This document shows, in pieces, positions 59,856 to 64,000 of a stretch of DNA of 64,000 bases. The stretch is from Chloroflexota bacterium. GTDB taxonomy: Bacteria; Chloroflexota; UBA11872; VXNJ01. The first letter of the stretch is position 1. Each line of letters begins with the position of its first letter. The notes beneath the pieces are model-generated. The model searched no databases, was not told the origin of the DNA, and saw only the letters and a program-made list of their open reading frames with translations. The translations under genes were made by a program, and so were the position numbers. The stretch is from NCBI GenBank assembly GCA_965261345.1, contig OZ253449.1, positions 128,001-192,000 on the forward strand. The letters are read 5' to 3'.

Positions 59856-60619
59856 GGCCCCCACAGGTAATCGACGAGGTGGTGGGCCAGCTGCGCACCC
59901 TGCGCCTGCCGCACATGCGAAAGGCCGCCCCGGAGCTGCTTAGGACCGCAAAGTCGCAGCGCTGGGATCCGGCCGAGGCGCTGAAGGCGCTCCTGGACGA
60001 GGAGATCGCCGGGAGGGCGGCCTCGTCGCGGGAGCTGCGCCGCAAGGCGGCCGGGTTTCCCTCAGGGAAGACGCTTGACAGCTGGGACGGCGAGCTCTCC
60101 TCGATCCCCGAACCCACCCGGCGATCGCTTATGACCCTGGAATGGATAGAACGCAAAGAGAACGTGGTCCTATACGGTCCGTCCGGTACCGGCAAGTCCC
60201 ATTTCCTGGAGGCTCTCGGCCAACTGGCGGTAGAGCGCGGCTACCGGGTGTCCTGGTTCGCGCTGGAAGAGCTGGGACAGCTGGTCAAGCGCCACCGGGT
60301 CGATGACTCGGTCGGCAGGGCGGTAAGAAAGCTTTTGAAGGCGGACCTGATCGTCATCGACGACATCGGGCTGCTGCCGGTAGGCCAGGAGACCGCCGAG
60401 GCGTTCTTCCGGGTAGTTGACGCCGCCTACGAACGGCGCTCGGTGGCCGTCTCCTCGAACTTGCATCCGTCGGGCTTTGACGAGATCCTGCCCAAATCAC
60501 TGGCCAATGCGACCGTGGACAGACTACTCCACCACGCCCATGCCCACCCGACCTCGGGTGAGAGCATTCGCTTAACCCAGGCGATGGCCGGGCAAGGAGT
60601 GGCGCCGCTGACCGGATAA
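59852..60619 (+). CDS. istB: IS21 helper ATPase IstB
   Basis: GPSGTGKS, IVIDDIG, VDRLLHH. Confidence 0.95.
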   Translation: MRPPQVIDEVVGQLRTLRLPHMRKAAPELLRTAKSQRWDPAEALKALLDEEIAGRAASSRELRRKAAGFPSGKTLDSWDGELSSIPEPTRRSLMTLEWIERKENVVLYGPSGTGKSHFLEALGQLAVERGYRVSWFALEELGQLVKRHRVDDSVGRAVRKLLKADLIVIDDIGLLPVGQETAEAFFRVVDAAYERRSVAVSSNLHPSGFDEILPKSLANATVDRLLHHAHAHPTSGESIRLTQAMAGQGVAPLTG

Positions 60620-61423
60620 CCCTTGCCCGAAGTGATGAAATGCTCGTCGCGGTAACGATTGCAGCGGCCCCGTCCAATACCGGATCCGGGCCGCTGCCGT
60701 GCATGCGGGCAAATTGGACGGTCTGCGCCACGGCAGGCCGCCTCAACCTGCCCGCCCGGAAATCGAATGCGGGAAAAGCGCCCCCGCCGCTGCGGGCCGA
60801 TTGACGCCATGCGGCCCCCAATTCAGTCGATATAGACAACATCTGCAAAAAGCATGGCCGCCAGGAGGCCCATACAGCGGTTCTGACGGGCGGTTGTGAC
60901 CCCGGACCCTTGGCGCAAACCGGTTTGTGGCGGGCAGCTTTGGCCAAAATCGGGGTAGGAACAACTGACGCCGCCGCCGGAGAGGAGGTGTTCGGATCAG
61001 CCTGCGGCAGGGCGTCCAATTAGAGAAATCAGGCCGGTCGCGGCGCCTTCAACAAACTGCCCACGCATGGGCAGTTTGTTGGCCACCTATGTGCAGAGAT
61101 ACATGTCCGCCGGCGGGCACTTCTCAATGTCCGCGAACAGCGGCACCTATGGATGGCATTGAGCCGCTGTCCGCCTGTCGGACGAGCGATTGTTTTTACT
61201 TGGTGAGATATTGTTTCCGCATCACCACACGACTTGCTCCCGACGGTGGGGCCACGATATTTGGTGTGCGCAATCCGGTCGGAAGTTTTTCGACAACATC
61301 ATATCGTGCATCAACGGATCTAAGCCTGCTTTGTTTGGATCGCAAATCTGATACCCTCGATAACCCGGCAATCAATGACGCACGGCGTGAGATTCATATC
61401 CACCAATTAACTGAAGAATTCAA

Positions 61424-61669
61424 ATGTCGGAGGACAGCAACCGTCACGTGGTCACTAATCCTGAAGGTGGGTGGGATGTCGTCAAGCCGAACGCGGATCG
61501 GTCGTCAGCTTATCTGCAAACGCAAGCTGATGCGGTTGAGCTCACGCGCGAAATCGTAGAGAACTTTGGCGGGGGCGAAGTCGTGATTCACCGCCGCGAT
61601 GGCCGGATCCGGGATTCCGATACAGTTCCGCCCGGGAACGACCCTAACCCGCCACGCGACTCTCGTTAA
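61424..61669 (+). CDS. DUF2188 family protein
   Basis: HVV....GGWDV...TQADA...GEVVIHRRDGRIRDSD...GNDPNPP. Confidence 0.88.
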   Translation: MSEDSNRHVVTNPEGGWDVVKPNADRSSAYLQTQADAVELTREIVENFGGGEVVIHRRDGRIRDSDTVPPGNDPNPPRDSR

Positions 61670-61930
61670 TCGGTCGCCAATTAGAAGTGCCGAGTGACTA
61701 ACCTAGCGGCTGAGATTCGGTAGTGACATTGGTCTGCCGACTCTCGGCGAATCTGTCAGAGTGATGGGCCAGTTCGAACTGGAGCAATCCTATTGGCTGG
61801 TTTCCTTGCAGGCGGTGGCATTCGTGCGTGAACGGATCGTTTCTGCGCCGGCCCTTTCGCCGAATTGAATCAATTGTGGTTGAGGTGAACCGATTCAACG
61901 GCAAGTCGCGATTCGAGCCGAGAGATCCAC

Positions 61931-62848
61931 TTGGGACAACATAAAAACCCACAAGAGTATTTGCGGCATTTCGGGAGTCCACCCGGCAAACGCATGATCT
62001 GGCAATTTGACACGAAAATTCTGAAATATTCCAATCGCCCAATTCCAATCAAGAATGTCGCGCAAGCACGCAATTACTATTCGCCAGTTGACGAAAAAAT
62101 GCTGGCTGAATTGATTGAAGCTCCTGCCCACGGGCCACTAAACAAGCTCCGCAACCGAGAGGACCTTAACCCCGACGATCGCTCGAGCGTTGCGTGGTAC
62201 ATAAACGCGATGGTTCGGCGGGGGCCGCGCGCCCGAAATCATTTGCTGGAAGTATTACCAACCGAATTCAGCGCCTATCGTAAACGACTAATTGCAAATC
62301 TCGACCAGCTGATTGAGCGGTACGGACATACCAGTGCCGAATGGATCAACGCACTTGATCAATTGAGTGAACGCATCCTTCGCGGCGACGTTTCTGACAA
62401 GGACGACTTAATCAGGTCGCAGTATTTGGTGGGAAAAGTCGCACTTGCCGTCTTTCATATGCAATGGGTGATAGTCCATTCGAATCGAACTGGTGAGTTC
62501 ATAACCAATGACAACCCGGTGTTTTTTACTGAAGGGATCGGCTTGGGGCACCCACAAGCAGAATTGACTCTTCCGCTGTCGCCGCGCACGGCGTTGCATG
62601 CGTCGTGGCGAGGACGGGAATTCGGGCTCGAACATGCATCAGCGACTCAAAATCAACTGGTGAAAGAGATTAATCGACGGACGGTATATGTTGCGGATCG
62701 CATGTTGTACTCACGCGGTAAGCACGATTGGTTAGCGGCAATCGCCGCAAAAAAGCCAAATGTCTTGCTGAAGCCCCTGTACTTTGGACATCCTGGATTC
62801 CAACCAGTTGAAATCCCGGACGAGGACCAATATGCTAGCGTGATTTGA
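61931..62848 (+). CDS. DUF4238 family protein
   Basis: QHKNPQEYLRHF, FITNDNPV, LPLSP. Confidence 0.8.
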   Translation: MGQHKNPQEYLRHFGSPPGKRMIWQFDTKILKYSNRPIPIKNVAQARNYYSPVDEKMLAELIEAPAHGPLNKLRNREDLNPDDRSSVAWYINAMVRRGPRARNHLLEVLPTEFSAYRKRLIANLDQLIERYGHTSAEWINALDQLSERILRGDVSDKDDLIRSQYLVGKVALAVFHMQWVIVHSNRTGEFITNDNPVFFTEGIGLGHPQAELTLPLSPRTALHASWRGREFGLEHASATQNQLVKEINRRTVYVADRMLYSRGKHDWLAAIAAKKPNVLLKPLYFGHPGFQPVEIPDEDQYASVI

Positions 62849-63042
62849 GCTCAAATCCGAACGGCGCAGCCTAGTGCAACGAAGTGAAATGCCGCAACGA
62901 ACCGCGTCATCTGAACTTTCGATTGGTCCTCAGCAGACAGCGTCCGTTTTTCATAATCGCAATTATGTCGATTAGTTGATTGGGTCGGCTGCTTGGCGAG
63001 AAATTGGTCCCGATAGTGCAACCGCGATAAGTGCAGATCCAA

Positions 63043-63330
63043 TCAACCAAAAAGATCAGAGTGAGTCCCTGTTCGGATCAGGTGAAGTTCACGGTTGCCT
63101 TCTCGCCAAATCAACAACCAATTTGATTCAATGTGGCATTCCCGGCGATCGTGCCAATCTCCAGCCAAACGGTGTTGGCGTAGCGCCGGATTTAGCTCCA
63201 TGCGATTCTGCAATCCATTGACAATGCATTGCAGTTTCGAAAGGTCTTTCGAGCGCCGCTTGGGTGCCCTGGCATTCTTCTTAAATTGCCTGGTGGTGAG
63301 GACCCGTTTGGGTTCACTCAATATCCGCAA
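63043..63330 (-). CDS. yafQ: YafQ toxin
   Basis: HRLAGDW...RECHIE.NWLLIW...RTGTHSDLF. Confidence 0.92.
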   Translation of the reverse strand: MRILSEPKRVLTTRQFKKNARAPKRRSKDLSKLQCIVNGLQNRMELNPALRQHRLAGDWHDRRECHIESNWLLIWREGNRELHLIRTGTHSDLFG

Positions 63331-63578
63331 TCCGCAATTATTTCATCAAAACTGGCGTACTCGGTAAGCCCTTCCCTTTTGCGGGAATGAGCAATCGCTT
63401 CCAGGGTTTCCCGATTTGGAAGCCTCACGTCAAATGGTATGCCGTGATGAATGATTACTTGCTTGTGGAAAAGGGTGATTGCTTCCGTGGTGGACAAACC
63501 GAGCGCAGAAAATACTGCCTCGACACCACGTTTCAATTCCGGCTCGACGCGAGCCCGAATCATGTCAGTTTTGGGCAT
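63318..63578 (-). CDS. dinJ: RelB/DinJ antitoxin
   Basis: MPKTDMIRARVEPELK...LGLS..EAI.LF...GIPF...PNRETLEAI. Confidence 0.9.
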   Translation of the reverse strand: MPKTDMIRARVEPELKRGVEAVFSALGLSTTEAITLFHKQVIIHHGIPFDVRLPNRETLEAIAHSRKREGLTEYASFDEIIADCGY

Positions 63579-64000
63579 TAGATGTTGCCAATCCGAGTTT
63601 CTTGTCTCAATCGTATCCCTTAGCGGATACGTTGGCGGAAGGCGAATGGCGATTCCGATGACGCACGCGCAATATCGAAATAACGCTCCACCAGCGCCGC
63701 TTCCGTGGGTGCGAATTGCGCGTATCTCGATCAAGCTGCCGAACTTAGGGACGCGGAATGTGCTTCAGCGACGTTGTAATGATTATGTCCAATGCTTGCC
63801 ATGTTCATGGCTTAAAGGGTAGAAGTTGCTCAATTTCATTGAATGCCGAATAGTGGGCGACTAAATTGCCAGTACCAAGAGCAAAACGACCAGTGCTACG
63901 CCGGCCCAAAAAGCCCAGAGGACAAATTGGACGAAGGTTCTCAGCACCTACCCCCAGCCCAGCGAGCCCCGGAGTTTCATTCACTCGAGTCAATTAGACG

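Larger units (their letters stand above)
58140..61139 (+). mobile_element. IS21-family element
   Basis: Ends tgtgggcggaca and tgtccgcgaaca with internal repeated ggccac motifs; no TSD. Confidence 0.88.

Noticed and set aside
58818-59864. 348-aa antisense ORF and similar long overlapping ORFs
   Set aside because: High-GC shadow frames opposite clear genes

Overview
High-GC bacterial accessory region with no rRNA, tRNA or CRISPR array that I can see. It is dominated by nested mobile elements (IS5, 2x IS3, 4x IS110, 3x IS256, several IS21 and ISNCY-type pieces, a group II intron, and a large-serine-recombinase element), five toxin-antitoxin loci, several nuclease-like genes and an eight-gene sugar-ABC/oxidoreductase/hydrolase operon. 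Highlights, all read by eye from the sequence: (1) A 3.3-kb serine-recombinase element (11011-14305) whose first ORF has no start codon when integrated. Its RBS and ATG lie at the opposite end and join in frame only in the excised circle. The element also has a classic -1 frameshift signal. (2) Four IS110 elements whose left-end bridge-RNA loops match their own flanks; two near-identical copies carry different target guides, one matching an IS3 terminal repeat. (3) 32-34-bp palindromes about 50 bp inside the 3' ends of unrelated IS3 and IS256 elements. (4) A NucS-like/RAMA-like/ATL fusion nuclease. Many single-base frameshifts and one scrambled segment (about 7020-7870) suggest that some lesions are sequencing or assembly errors. 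Family names come from motif recognition, not from database searches.
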